DNA of 64,000 nt from an uncultured Chloroflexia bacterium. GTDB lineage: Bacteria; Chloroflexota; Limnocylindria; QHBO01. This document shows positions 1 to 8,911 of this stretch, piece by piece. Position numbers and translations under genes: made by a program. The stretch spans positions 32,001 through 96,000 of the forward strand of contig CAWGTN010000002.1 in assembly GCA_963825525.1 (NCBI GenBank), written 5' to 3'. Numbering within the stretch: the first letter of the stretch is position 1; each line of letters starts with the position of its first letter. The notes below the pieces were generated by a model. It was given only the letters and a program-made list of their open reading frames with translations. It was not told the DNA's origin and searched no databases.

Positions 1-1061
1 GCAGTTGCGCCCTCAGCGACATCGCAGACGGCGCCACCAAGCTGCAGGCAGTAGATCTCCAGCCCAGGGAGAGGCATCTCCGCAAGTGAGTCCGCGATGA
101 TGGCGATGACGCGATCGTCCATCTCGGCAATGAACCCTCCCTTGGAGTAATACCGCCGACCCCAAGGGAGGGCCTCGTCGCTCGCGCGCTGCAACTCGAA
201 GAATGTCGTTTCCACATTGGGATCCTGGACCCCTCGCGGGAACGAGAAGCGTTCCACAGCCGCGTCCGCGCCGATCATCGACCCGGTCCAGATCGCTCGC
301 AGCACCAACTCGTCCTTCGTGGCGACGAAGGCCGTGGTCAGCTCGCGTGGCGCATGTGCCGCCGCGTCGCGGTATCGCATCAGCGTCTCCGCAGTGGCTG
401 CGGTTGGATGCGTCCAGCGCCTGATCGCGACGGACCCCAGATCGTGCATGCGGAACCTGAACCTGGTGACGACGCCGAAATTGCCGCCACCGCCGCGGAT
501 CGCCCAGAACAGCTCCGGTTGTTCATCAGCGTCAACGCGCGAAAGTCTGCCGTCTGCCGTCACGATGTCTGCTTCGATGAGATTGTCGATGGTGAGCCCA
601 AAGCGCCGGCTGAGATAGCCCATGCCGCCTCCCAGGGTCAGGCCCCCAACGCCCGTATGCGACACCACACCGGCCGGTGTCACCAGGCCGTAGCGTTCGC
701 CCGCTGCGTCGACGTCGCCGAGCAATGCGCCCCCGCCGACTTCGACCGTCCTCGTCTGCGGATCGACGAGCACTGCGTTCATCCGTGACAGATCACAGAC
801 GATGCCGTTGTCGCAGGTCCCGAGGCCCGCGAAGCTATGGCCGCCGCACCGCACGGCCAGAGGCAGCCCGGAATCTCCAGCGATGCTCACGATCTTCTGG
901 ACATCGCTCGCCGTCGCGGCCTGCACGATCGCGCCAGGCATGCGTTCGACGACGGCGTTGTACACGCGACGAAGACGATCGTAGTCGCCATGGCTCGCAC
1001 CGACGACCGTGCCATCCAGCTGTGCTCGCGCCAATTGCCCAGCAACTGCTGTGTCGACCAA
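1..1061 (-). CDS. FAD-binding oxidoreductase (VAO/BBE family), 3' end outside the window
   Basis: Manual translation of the minus strand: TTG start after GAGG; LAVRCGGHSFAG covalent-FAD motif; GVVSHTGVGGLTLGGG; LFWAIRGGGGNFGVVT. Confidence 0.85.
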   Translation of the reverse strand, partial: MVDTAVAGQLARAQLDGTVVGASHGDYDRLRRVYNAVVERMPGAIVQAATASDVQKIVSIAGDSGLPLAVRCGGHSFAGLGTCDNGIVCDLSRMNAVLVDPQTRTVEVGGGALLGDVDAAGERYGLVTPAGVVSHTGVGGLTLGGGMGYLSRRFGLTIDNLIEADIVTADGRLSRVDADEQPELFWAIRGGGGNFGVVTRFRFRMHDLGSVAIRRWTHPTAATAETLMRYRDAAAHAPRELTTAFVATKDELVLRAIWTGSMIGADAAVERFSFPRGVQDPNVETTFFELQRASDEALPWGRRYYSKGGFIAEMDDRVIAIIADSLAEMPLPGLEIYCLQLGGAVCDVAEGAT

Positions 1062-1212
1062 TGGATACCTCAAGTGGCATTCGGGGGCAGAAAGGCATTG
1101 GCGTCCGAGCGCGGACCCGCCGACCGAGTATGCACAAGAGCCTAAGGACAATTCCGACCTGCGACGCACATCCGGCTCGAACGGCTTAGGCCCAGCCAGA
1201 CAGCGTGGGAGA

Positions 1213-1233
1213 AACTTGACACTGACGCAAGCG
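1213..1233 (+). repeat. Copy 1 of a ~21-bp intergenic motif, AACTTGACACTGACGCAAGCG
   Basis: 19/21 identical to 3116-3136; the core also occurs inverted at 3614-3634. Confidence 0.65.
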
Positions 1234-1345
1234 CCCCTGTGACGCCACAGCCAAGCCGTCGGGCTGAGGTGGGCCCAGACCGCCCTGTGGCGCCCAAGCG
1301 TGAGCTATCCTCCGCGCAAATCAGTGTGCGGGACCGGAGGGCGGT

Positions 1346-2695
1346 GTGGACATCGTGGCTGATCTGCGAGCGCGCACGCGGGGTGAGGTGTTGGCGCCGC
1401 GGGACGGCGGGTACGAGGCAGCCCGCGCGGCGTACAACGCATTGGCCACCGGCCAGCCCGCCTACATCTTCCGCCCGGCAGACGTGCCCGGCATCGTGGC
1501 GGCCGTCAGGTGGGCCGGGGAAGTCGACCTCCCCATCGGCGTCCGCGGAGGTGGCCACAGCGTGGCCGGACATTCGTCGCCGAACGGCGCGCTCCTCGTG
1601 GACCTGTCGCGTTGGCGTGGTGCCGTCGTCGATCCTGTCGCACGCACGGCGGAGGCGCTCGCTGGATCCCGGCTGATGGATCTGGACGCGGCGACTGCCG
1701 CGTACACGCTTGCGGCTCCTTCGGGCACGTTCATCGACACCGGCATCGGCGGCCTAACGCTGACCGGCGGCATTAGCTGGATCGTGGCCTCACAGGGATT
1801 CGCATGCGACGCTCTCATCGGGGCCAAGATGGTGACGATCGACGGCGACGTCATCGACGTCGACGACCAGCACGAGCCGGAACTGCTGTGGGGCCTCCGC
1901 GGAGGCGGCGGCAACTTCGGGATCATTACCCACCTGCGATACGCACTGACGCCCGTGCCGCGCATGTTCGGGGGAGCGCTCCGCTTTCGAGGTGCCGGTA
2001 TCCGTGACGTGATCATGCGCGTGTTGGAGATCGAAGCGACGGCACCCGACGAGCTCGTTCTGGCGATCGTTGCGTGGCGCGGAGAGGACGGCTCGCCGGG
2101 GATCTCGGTTAACTTCGCCTGGCGCGGTGACCCAGACGCCGGGGCGGCCGCTGTTCGCGCTCTTACCGACCACCAAGCTCTATTCGAGTCGGACGTCAAG
2201 GCGATGAGTTGGCTCCAGCAGCAAGCTCAATATGAGCCGATCCCGTTCGGTCTTCGTCAGTACTGGAAGGGCCATCTCGTCCGCACGTTGGACGAGACCC
2301 TGGCGGATGCGCTGATCGCGGCGGCGGCCGATGCAGGGGAATCATCTTTCTGCCTCGTGGAGCTCATCCACGGCGCCGCCCACCGCATTCCAGAGGCTTC
2401 CGCGGCATTTGGTGGACGTGCCGCCGTTGCCAATGTGACGGCGCTCGCCATCTGGGATGACGCGGAGGCTGACGAGCGGGAGATCGCCTGGGCGCGAAGC
2501 TTCGCCGACTCGGTGGCGCATCTCTCGCTTCGAGGCGGTGGGTACCTCAACTATCCCGAGCTCGATCAGACGGCTGCGCGGATAGCTGCAGCCTTTCCGT
2601 CAGCGACCTGGGACCGGCTGCGGCAGGTCAAGCTTCGACTCGATCCAGCCAACCGGCTGCGCTTCAACGCCAACATTCCACCGGCCGACGGCTGA
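1346..2695 (+). CDS. FAD-binding oxidoreductase (VAO/BBE family)
   Basis: VRGGGHSVAG, LWGLRGGGGNFG, C-terminal BBE-like YLNY...RLRQVKLRLDPAN. Confidence 0.9.
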   Translation: MDIVADLRARTRGEVLAPRDGGYEAARAAYNALATGQPAYIFRPADVPGIVAAVRWAGEVDLPIGVRGGGHSVAGHSSPNGALLVDLSRWRGAVVDPVARTAEALAGSRLMDLDAATAAYTLAAPSGTFIDTGIGGLTLTGGISWIVASQGFACDALIGAKMVTIDGDVIDVDDQHEPELLWGLRGGGGNFGIITHLRYALTPVPRMFGGALRFRGAGIRDVIMRVLEIEATAPDELVLAIVAWRGEDGSPGISVNFAWRGDPDAGAAAVRALTDHQALFESDVKAMSWLQQQAQYEPIPFGLRQYWKGHLVRTLDETLADALIAAAADAGESSFCLVELIHGAAHRIPEASAAFGGRAAVANVTALAIWDDAEADEREIAWARSFADSVAHLSLRGGGYLNYPELDQTAARIAAAFPSATWDRLRQVKLRLDPANRLRFNANIPPADG

Positions 2696-2770
2696 AGGCC
2701 TTCACTCGCGCTCGCCAAGCGGCAGTAGCTTCCGCCAGCGAGTAGAGTCCGCCTGCTACCTTGGCCGCCG

Positions 2771-3103
2771 ATGAGTCGATCACTCCGCGCCATCGTGTCG
2801 CTTCCCCTCCTGGGACTGGCATGTATGGGCTGCTTGCTGGGGGAGCCGAGGGACACCAGCGGCGTCCGCATCGTGAATTCAAGTTCCGAAACCGTGACGG
2901 TGGTTGTTCTGTATCCCGAACCAGCGGGCGAGAGCGAGCTGACTACGTACCGCCCAGGTGAGTCGTCGGTGGAGAACAACATGCTCGACCGAGAAGGTGG
3001 TTGTACGCGCTTCGTCATGGTCGCCCGGACCGAGGATGGCACCGAGATCGATCGTCAGGCCGCCCCGATCTGCCGGCATGCGGAATGGCGAATCGGCGAG
3101 TAG
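2771..3103 (+). CDS. Small putative lipoprotein/secreted hypothetical protein
   Basis: Hydrophobic N-terminus with LLGLAC/MGC lipobox-like Cys; TACCTT -10 box 8 nt upstream. Confidence 0.6.
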   Translation: MSRSLRAIVSLPLLGLACMGCLLGEPRDTSGVRIVNSSSETVTVVVLYPEPAGESELTTYRPGESSVENNMLDREGGCTRFVMVARTEDGTEIDRQAAPICRHAEWRIGE

Positions 3104-3115
3104 CCGCTTGGGTCG

Positions 3116-3136
3116 AACTTGACAGTGGCGCAAGCG
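3116..3136 (+). repeat. Copy 2 of the ~21-bp motif, AACTTGACAGTGGCGCAAGCG
   Basis: Direct repeat of 1213-1233. Confidence 0.65.
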
Positions 3137-3360
3137 ATATTGCCGCTCCACGGTCCGTGCGTGCACGTTCAGGCGATGATCGCCGTGTCGTCCGGCCGCT
3201 TAGGCGGTCGAGGTCCGTGATGTCGTTTGCGCCGCTTTTCTTCGGCGCGTCGTTGGCGACGCCGTTCGGCCCGAGTCAGGCGGTCTCGCGTCGTCGGCCG
3301 GCCTAGGAGCGATCGAAGCCATCGCAGCATCATCAGGCGCTATCAGATGGGCCCCGCGCT

Positions 3361-3556
3361 GAGGTGGGACGACGACGCCGGCAAGCGACACTGGAAGACG
3401 GAGGTGGTCGTCGGATCACTCGAGATGCTGTCGGGCCGATCGATGAAGGAGTACGCCCGGGAAGCTGAGGCCGTGGCCAACGCACCGGATGAATCGGCTC
3501 CGGTGGCGGCCAACGGCGCTGCCACCAACGATCTCGAGGCGGCGATCGCGATGTGA
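3361..3556 (+). pseudogene. ssb: 5'-truncated single-stranded DNA-binding protein remnant
   Basis: RWDDDAGKRHWKTEVVVGSLEMLSGR matches the C-terminal beta hairpin of the SSB OB fold, followed by an Ala/acidic tail; the N-terminal ~80 aa are absent. Confidence 0.6.
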
Positions 3557-3560
3557 TCCG

Positions 3561-3598
3561 TCGGGCGACGAGCCATCCCCTCCGGTCCCGTCGCCCGA
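3561..3598. terminator. Hairpin after the ssb remnant
   Basis: TCGGGCGACG...CGTCGCCCGA inverted repeat. Confidence 0.4.
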
Positions 3599-3613
3599 TC
3601 AACGATCGACGCC

Positions 3614-3634
3614 CGCTTGCGTCAACGTCAGTCA
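3614..3634 (-). repeat. Copy 3 (inverted) of the motif, TGACGTTGACGCAAGCG on the minus strand
   Basis: Shares the TGACnnTGrCGCAAGCG core with copies 1 and 2. Confidence 0.55.
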
Positions 3635-3700
3635 GTACGGATGCGGCGCTGGCGGCTCGGGTAGCTCTTGACGCCGACCGGCCACTGACCGTCATGTAGG

Positions 3701-3997
3701 ATGCGCAACGCAATGGAAACTGGTTTCATCCCCCAGTTGGCCGTAGTCGCCGTCAGTGCGGCCGCGGCGGCGGCTATCGCCATTTTCCAGCACTACAGCG
3801 GAAACAACTTCGTTTATCTGCTGGTCGGAATGGTTGTCTTCCTCGGCGTCCTAGGTTGGACAGATCCTGATCCAAACCTCCATCCATACAAGGTATTGCT
3901 GGCGGGCCTGGGAGCCGGGATGTGGGTGAGCGCCGTGCGTGACGAGTCACGACGTCGGCGGTCGGCCCGAGATTCAGATCGCACCATCCCGGGTTAG
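3701..3997 (+). CDS. Small integral membrane hypothetical protein (3 TM)
   Basis: Three hydrophobic segments and a basic tail; the start may be ATG 3713. Confidence 0.55.
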   Translation: MRNAMETGFIPQLAVVAVSAAAAAAIAIFQHYSGNNFVYLLVGMVVFLGVLGWTDPDPNLHPYKVLLAGLGAGMWVSAVRDESRRRRSARDSDRTIPG

Positions 3998-4196
3998 CTT
4001 GCCTCGACTCCGTCAGCGTCGCGGAAGGCTCGCGCCGTCGTTCTCTTGCTGTCCAGCCAGGGGACGATGGCCCTCGCGGACCGGAGGCTTTCAGGACTCC
4101 CGCGACTTCGTGGGGCGCCCGACCACCGTCCGGCGGCTGCTGGGTGCGGGCGAGGATGCGCTTCGATCCGAGCTATGGGGAGCTAAACCCCGGGTC

Positions 4197-4712
4197 TCAG
4201 TCCTCGTCGCAGCTGTCGGGCTTCGGGTCGTCCACGCACACAACAAACACGACGCCGATGCCCTCGCTCACCTGCTCGGGGCCACCGTTGATTCGGTAGT
4301 GAAGCCGGACGTTGTCGAGCTGATAGCGGCCTGGCCGCTCGGCAGTGATCTCGGCGACGATCCCGATGGTGTTGTCGGGGCTGTCGGAGCCGGTGAGGTT
4401 CGTGAAGGTGGCACCAGCCAGATCATGCAGCTCCTCGCCGATGAGACGGTTGCCGTCCGGCTTGAGGACGGGTGGGGAGAAGTAGAACTGAACGGTGGCG
4501 TCGTCGCCGACTCCGACAGGCTCCGCCGCGAGGAGTTCGATCTCGTCTCCCGGTCGAGGGGTCAGGAAGAGAACCGTGGTCGTTGCCGGTAGTCCCGGCG
4601 CAACGGGAACGCCCGCGCTGGTGTGGGGAGGCATCGTCGGGAGCGGGTAGGGATCTACAGCTTGCGCAGCGCAGGCTGTGAGAATGAATGTCAGTGCCGC
4701 GACCAACCGCAT
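4197..4712 (-). CDS. Putative lipoprotein, hypothetical
   Basis: GGAGGG RBS, MRLVAALTFILTAC lipobox, coding-like body. Confidence 0.65.
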   Translation of the reverse strand: MRLVAALTFILTACAAQAVDPYPLPTMPPHTSAGVPVAPGLPATTTVLFLTPRPGDEIELLAAEPVGVGDDATVQFYFSPPVLKPDGNRLIGEELHDLAGATFTNLTGSDSPDNTIGIVAEITAERPGRYQLDNVRLHYRINGGPEQVSEGIGVVFVVCVDDPKPDSCDED

Positions 4713-4945
4713 GTCAGATCCCTCCCTCGCCAACGACCCCGGGCAGCTTCGTCGAAGACTGGGCCCCCGCAATCCGCGCGTCAACGGTACGGTTCGCCGC
4801 CAGCTCGTCACGGTAGCCCCGGAGGCGAGTGGCATGAGTCAGGCTGAGCGGCTCTGTGACGGGTAGTGCCGGTGTGCGCGAACTGATCGTGGAGCCACGA
4901 GGTCGCAAACTTGGCCCCTCCAGCGTCCAGTAGACTCATGGACCT

Positions 4946-5326
4946 ATGACCCGACTCATCGTCCTCGGTCTCGCCATCGTGCTCGTGGGCTGTGGAGCTC
5001 CCACTGCCCCCAACTCCGCCGTCGACCATCACAGCCGAATCGAGGTGGTCAACTTGTTGGAGTCTGGCGCACCACCCGAACGCGATGAGTTCGGCAGCGT
5101 CGTGCTGCCCAACGAGTACGCCCATCTATCGGACATGGGTCTGATCGAAGTGAGAGACGATCCGTTCATGGTCTTCTTCACTACGTGGGTCGGGGGCAGT
5201 CCAGACCCCTACTGCGGTTACGAGTACTCCCCGGACCCTGCGGCCGTCGTGCTAGACCCGAGGGCAAGCGGTACCGGCGAGGCTGAGCCACTCGGAGGCG
5301 GGTGGTACTGGATCTGCGCCAGCTGA
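4946..5326 (+). CDS. Putative lipoprotein, hypothetical
   Basis: MTRLIVLGLAIVLVGC lipobox; C-terminal LGGGWYW. Confidence 0.65.
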   Translation: MTRLIVLGLAIVLVGCGAPTAPNSAVDHHSRIEVVNLLESGAPPERDEFGSVVLPNEYAHLSDMGLIEVRDDPFMVFFTTWVGGSPDPYCGYEYSPDPAAVVLDPRASGTGEAEPLGGGWYWICAS

Positions 5327-5352
5327 CCCTGGAAGGGCGGAGCCTGGCGTGG

Positions 5353-5853
5353 TTACATGCTTGCCCCGCATCGACGGAGGATCTCGTCGACAACGTGGTC
5401 GATCGGAGCGCTGGCGTCGATGACAACGCCGTTCTCCGGGACGTCGCCCTTCGTCTGATGCCATCCCACGATGAGTTCGCGTTCGGTCGGCTTTCCGCCA
5501 CCCCACTCCTCGTCCGGTCGCTCGTCCAGCCGCCGCTGCAACGTGGCGAGGTCCACTTCGAGGACAAAGACTTCGTCGAACAGATCGATGAACTTCGAGA
5601 AGTTCCTTGATCCACCGCAGAAGAAAGTGGCCGTTTCACTCTGGTCGGCGACCAGGGCTCTCACCTTGTCCACATCCCAGATGTGGTGCTCGTGTCCGCC
5701 GACCTGCGTAGCTTCACCCGTTGCCGGATCGCCCCGGTAGGCCAGCTCGCGGTCACCGTGAATGGCGTGGTGGCCGCGCCGCTGAAGCTCATCGCACACG
5801 GACGTCTTGCCGGTGCCCGAAAGACCCTCGATCAGGTAGTTCTTCCTGCCCAC
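5353..5853 (-). CDS. P-loop nucleoside/nucleotide kinase-like (AAA family) protein
   Basis: GTG start; NYLIEGLSGTGKT Walker A motif; TATTCT -10 box 7 nt upstream. Confidence 0.8.
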   Translation of the reverse strand: MGRKNYLIEGLSGTGKTSVCDELQRRGHHAIHGDRELAYRGDPATGEATQVGGHEHHIWDVDKVRALVADQSETATFFCGGSRNFSKFIDLFDEVFVLEVDLATLQRRLDERPDEEWGGGKPTERELIVGWHQTKGDVPENGVVIDASAPIDHVVDEILRRCGASM

Positions 5854-5885
5854 GTGCTGGAGAATACGAGAAGCCCGCGAGCAGC

Positions 5886-5911
5886 GATGAGTTTCGCGTC
5901 GTCGGGTGGTC
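5886..5911 (+). promoter_or_regulatory. Putative ECF-sigma promoter GATGAG-N16-GGTC
   Basis: Same architecture as the motif upstream of the second DHFR-like gene (8839-8864). Confidence 0.45.
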
Positions 5912-5944
5912 ATACCGTCCACCCGGTACCGAGAAGGACATCCG

Positions 5945-6508
5945 ATGCGCAGCGTGACCTATTCCATGGGCGTCTCACTCGACGGCTACATCGTGGGACC
6001 GGACGGCGGCTTCGACTGGACGACGCCCGACAAGGAGGTCTTTCGCTTCTGGATCGACGAGATCCGAGATGTCGGCGTCCACATACTGGGACGGCGCCTG
6101 TACGAGACGATGCTGTACTGGGAGACCGCCGACCAGAATCCGTCGCTTGACGACGATGAGCCCGAGTGGGCCGCGCTGTGGAATCCGCTTCCGAAGGTGG
6201 TGTTCTCCACCACGCTGTCGGCGGTGGAGGGCAATGCCCGTCTTGCGTCCGGCGGGTTGGCGGAGGAGGTCGAGCGACTGCGGGCCGAGCCGGGTGAGGG
6301 CGACATCGCGATCGGCGGCGCGACGCTCGCCGCCGAGGCGGCCGAATTGGGTCTCATCGATGAGTACCGGGCCATCGTCCACCCGGTGCTGGTCGGGGGC
6401 GGCATTCCGTTCTTTCCCCGGCGCGAGCGTCGGGTGGATCTCGAGCTCGTCGGGACGCGCACCTTCAACTCGAGATTCGTCTTGCTCAGCTACCGCGTCG
6501 CGCGTTAG
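5945..6508 (+). CDS. Dihydrofolate reductase family (RibD C-terminal domain) protein
   Basis: SLDGYI, LGRRLYE, IGGATLA, GLIDEY...HPVLVGGG; GAAGGA RBS. Confidence 0.9.
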   Translation: MRSVTYSMGVSLDGYIVGPDGGFDWTTPDKEVFRFWIDEIRDVGVHILGRRLYETMLYWETADQNPSLDDDEPEWAALWNPLPKVVFSTTLSAVEGNARLASGGLAEEVERLRAEPGEGDIAIGGATLAAEAAELGLIDEYRAIVHPVLVGGGIPFFPRRERRVDLELVGTRTFNSRFVLLSYRVAR

Positions 6509-6517
6509 GCCGAATGC

Positions 6518-7393
6518 TCAGGCGTGCGCGTCGCGCCGGTCGCTGACCGTGACGCCCAGCGCCGCGACGGTGACGCATGCGACGGCAAGCACGCCCGTCG
6601 GGCCCATCGCCTGGCTGAGCAGAAGCGCGCCGACCCCCGCGGCAACCACGGGCTCCAGGGTCACCAGGATGCCGTAGGATCGCGCCGTCATCCGCTGCAG
6701 CGCCTCGAACTCGAGCGACAGCGGCACCGCGGTCGACAGGATCGCGACGGCGAGGGCCGCACCCAGCAGGCCGAGATCGAGGCCACCCAGGCCGCCGACC
6801 ACCACCTCCACGGGCAGAACGACCAACGCCGCCACCACCATGCCGATTGCCAGGCCCGAGTTGCCCGGCAGAGCTCGGCCGATGCGCTGGCTCATCACCG
6901 TGAAGCCGGCCCAGCACAGCCCGGCCACGCCGGCCAGCGCCACACCCACGGGGTCGAGCGAGCCGCCGATCTGCGGCGTCAGCAGGACAATGCCGAGGAA
7001 AGCGAGCCCGATCCAGGCGAAGTCGCGCCCGCGACGCGAGGTGGCCACGGCCAGGCCCAGCGGCCCGACGAACTCGATCGCGACCGCAATACCGAGCGGA
7101 ATCCGCGCGATGGCCCCGTAGAAGGACAGGTTCATGAGGGCGAGGATCGCTCCGTAGGTCAGCAGCGCCCCAACGTGGTGACGCGCGTCCTCCCAGGCAA
7201 GCGAGTGCCGCGCCACGGCCATGACCAGCACCGCGGAGAAGGCCAGGCGCAGGAAGGTTGTCCCGACCGGGCCGAGCACCGGAAAGAGGTTGACCGCGAC
7301 GGCGGCGCCGAGCTGGATGGACACGATCGAGACGAGCAGGAGCCCGGGCGGTGGCACGGCAGCGACCGCACGCGCAAGCGCACCTCGGGTCAT
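6518..7393 (-). CDS. EamA/DMT transporter (RhtA-like)
   Basis: SIQLGAAVAV, IPLGIAVAIEFVGPL, ~10 TM segments. Confidence 0.9.
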   Translation of the reverse strand: MTRGALARAVAAVPPPGLLLVSIVSIQLGAAVAVNLFPVLGPVGTTFLRLAFSAVLVMAVARHSLAWEDARHHVGALLTYGAILALMNLSFYGAIARIPLGIAVAIEFVGPLGLAVATSRRGRDFAWIGLAFLGIVLLTPQIGGSLDPVGVALAGVAGLCWAGFTVMSQRIGRALPGNSGLAIGMVVAALVVLPVEVVVGGLGGLDLGLLGAALAVAILSTAVPLSLEFEALQRMTARSYGILVTLEPVVAAGVGALLLSQAMGPTGVLAVACVTVAALGVTVSDRRDAHA

Positions 7394-7576
7394 GGGATGC
7401 AGCGGCAAAAGGACAGGATCGACTTCCTTCTGATCGAAAGTGCAGCTTGCATTCGGCATCGTCCTCGGACGAGGGCTTGGGTAGCAGGCGCGATCGTCAT
7501 CGTGTGGCTTCTCGGTTCATCGACCGACCCGCATAGATGTTGCCGCCAACCGAATACGTGACCGGGGCGAATGCAT

Positions 7577-7602
7577 TGGTACCAACGGGGTGGATTCGAA
7601 TC
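7577..7602 (-). other. Degenerate tRNA 3'-end fragment (possible att scar)
   Basis: Minus strand reads GATTCGAATCCACCCCGTTGGTACCA (T-loop plus CCA end) with no 5' half. Confidence 0.35.
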
Positions 7603-7655
7603 TGCCCTGGGATAGAGTGGAGCGGCACCTTCGGCAGATTTGAAAGTGGGATCCG

Positions 7656-8162
7656 ATGAACACGCACACGCCGCGCCCCGTTGTGACGCACATTGCGCGG
7701 TTCGGTCGTCGGAAGGTGTTCATGACGGCTCTCGCCATCATGATCACCGGTTGCTCCGGCGAGGCGACTGAGGTCCAGATCGATGCGGGAACCGCTCCCT
7801 CCGGCGCTTGGTCGGCATGGGTATACGACTCCCTCACTTCCGGGGTCTGCTTTGAGGTAAGACCGAGCGGACATGATCCCGAACGGATCTGCGACCTCGA
7901 TGCCGGCAACACGGGGATATGGCGTCCAGACAGCAACGAGGGAGATGTCGAGTTTGTAACCGGGACGACCGCGGAGGCCAACGTAAGCCAGGCTGTGGTC
8001 ACGCTCGACGACGGCCAACAAATCAAGGCCGATGTCGAAGAGGCCACAGGAGTTTCGCCGCTACGGTTCTTTGTCATTGCGATCCCTGCCGGAGCGCAGG
8101 CGCGGCAACTTGACCTCCTCGATGTTGACGGGACGGTCCTCAACAGCCAGCCCCTGGGGTAA
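7656..8162 (+). CDS. Putative lipoprotein, hypothetical
   Basis: MTALAIMITGC lipobox-like segment; lower GC than flanking genes. Confidence 0.55.
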   Translation: MNTHTPRPVVTHIARFGRRKVFMTALAIMITGCSGEATEVQIDAGTAPSGAWSAWVYDSLTSGVCFEVRPSGHDPERICDLDAGNTGIWRPDSNEGDVEFVTGTTAEANVSQAVVTLDDGQQIKADVEEATGVSPLRFFVIAIPAGAQARQLDLLDVDGTVLNSQPLG

Positions 8163-8197
8163 GGACTCGGCCGCTGGCGTGTCTGCTTCTGCGCCAC

Positions 8198-8803
8198 TCA
8201 GCCGGCGGTCCCGAACGTCGCGCGCCCTGCCGGTCGGTAGGTCAGGATCGTGACGCCGGACGGCGTCGACCTCGACTCGATCAACGTCAGGTCGTGCGTC
8301 TGGCCCTGCTCCGGGAAGAGCCGAAGCCCGTCGCCCACGACGACGGGGTAGATCCACAGGTCAAGCTCATCGATGAGGTCGCGCTCGAGCAGCCATCGCA
8401 GCAGTGCGCCGCTGCCATGGACCTGGAGCTCGCGCCCGGGCTTGGCCTTGAGCTCACGCACTGCAGCCTCCGCGTCGTCCGAAATGACGTGGGTGTTCTG
8501 CCACGTCGGGTCCGTGAGCGTGGTCGACGGCACGTACTTGGGCAGGACGTTGATCCCGTGAGACACCGGATCACCCGCGTCATGGTGTGGCCAGTACGGC
8601 TCCCATATCTCCCAGGTCTTGCGGCCGAGCAGCAGCGCGTCCGCGCGCTCGAACCCCGCCACGATGGACTCCCACCCTTCCTTATCGGCGTACGGCATGA
8701 TCCATCCTCCGCGGTCAAACCCGCCGCGGCGGTCCTCATCAATGCCGCCGGGACCCTGGTACACGCCGTCCAGGCTCAGCATCATCCTGGCTGTCAGCTT
8801 CAT
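8198..8803 (-). CDS. Dihydrofolate reductase family (RibD C-terminal domain) protein
   Basis: MKLTARMMLSLDGVYQGPGG, LLGRKTW, VHGSGAL, PVVVGDGLRLF. Confidence 0.9.
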   Translation of the reverse strand: MKLTARMMLSLDGVYQGPGGIDEDRRGGFDRGGWIMPYADKEGWESIVAGFERADALLLGRKTWEIWEPYWPHHDAGDPVSHGINVLPKYVPSTTLTDPTWQNTHVISDDAEAAVRELKAKPGRELQVHGSGALLRWLLERDLIDELDLWIYPVVVGDGLRLFPEQGQTHDLTLIESRSTPSGVTILTYRPAGRATFGTAG

Positions 8804-8838
8804 CGTCTTCGCTCCATGGGGGTGATCATCGGCTGTTA

Positions 8839-8864
8839 GACGGCCTTGCGGACCGCGTCTCATC
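8839..8864 (-). promoter_or_regulatory. Putative ECF-sigma promoter GATGAG-N16-CGTC
   Basis: Matches the 5886-5911 architecture. Confidence 0.45.
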
Positions 8865-8911
8865 GGCGAGTCACAGAGGCCGAACCCATCACCCGCCCGT
8901 AGAGTATCCGG

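Noticed and set aside
1140-1191. attC-like imperfect hairpin GCCTAAG...CTTAGGC
   Set aside because: It lacks the AAC/GTT triad and the canonical spacing. There is no integron integrase, and neighbouring genes are not co-oriented cassettes.
1263-3368. Shared 11-mer GCTGAGGTGGG at 1263 and 3358
   Set aside because: It is short and GC-rich, so it is expected by chance at this composition.
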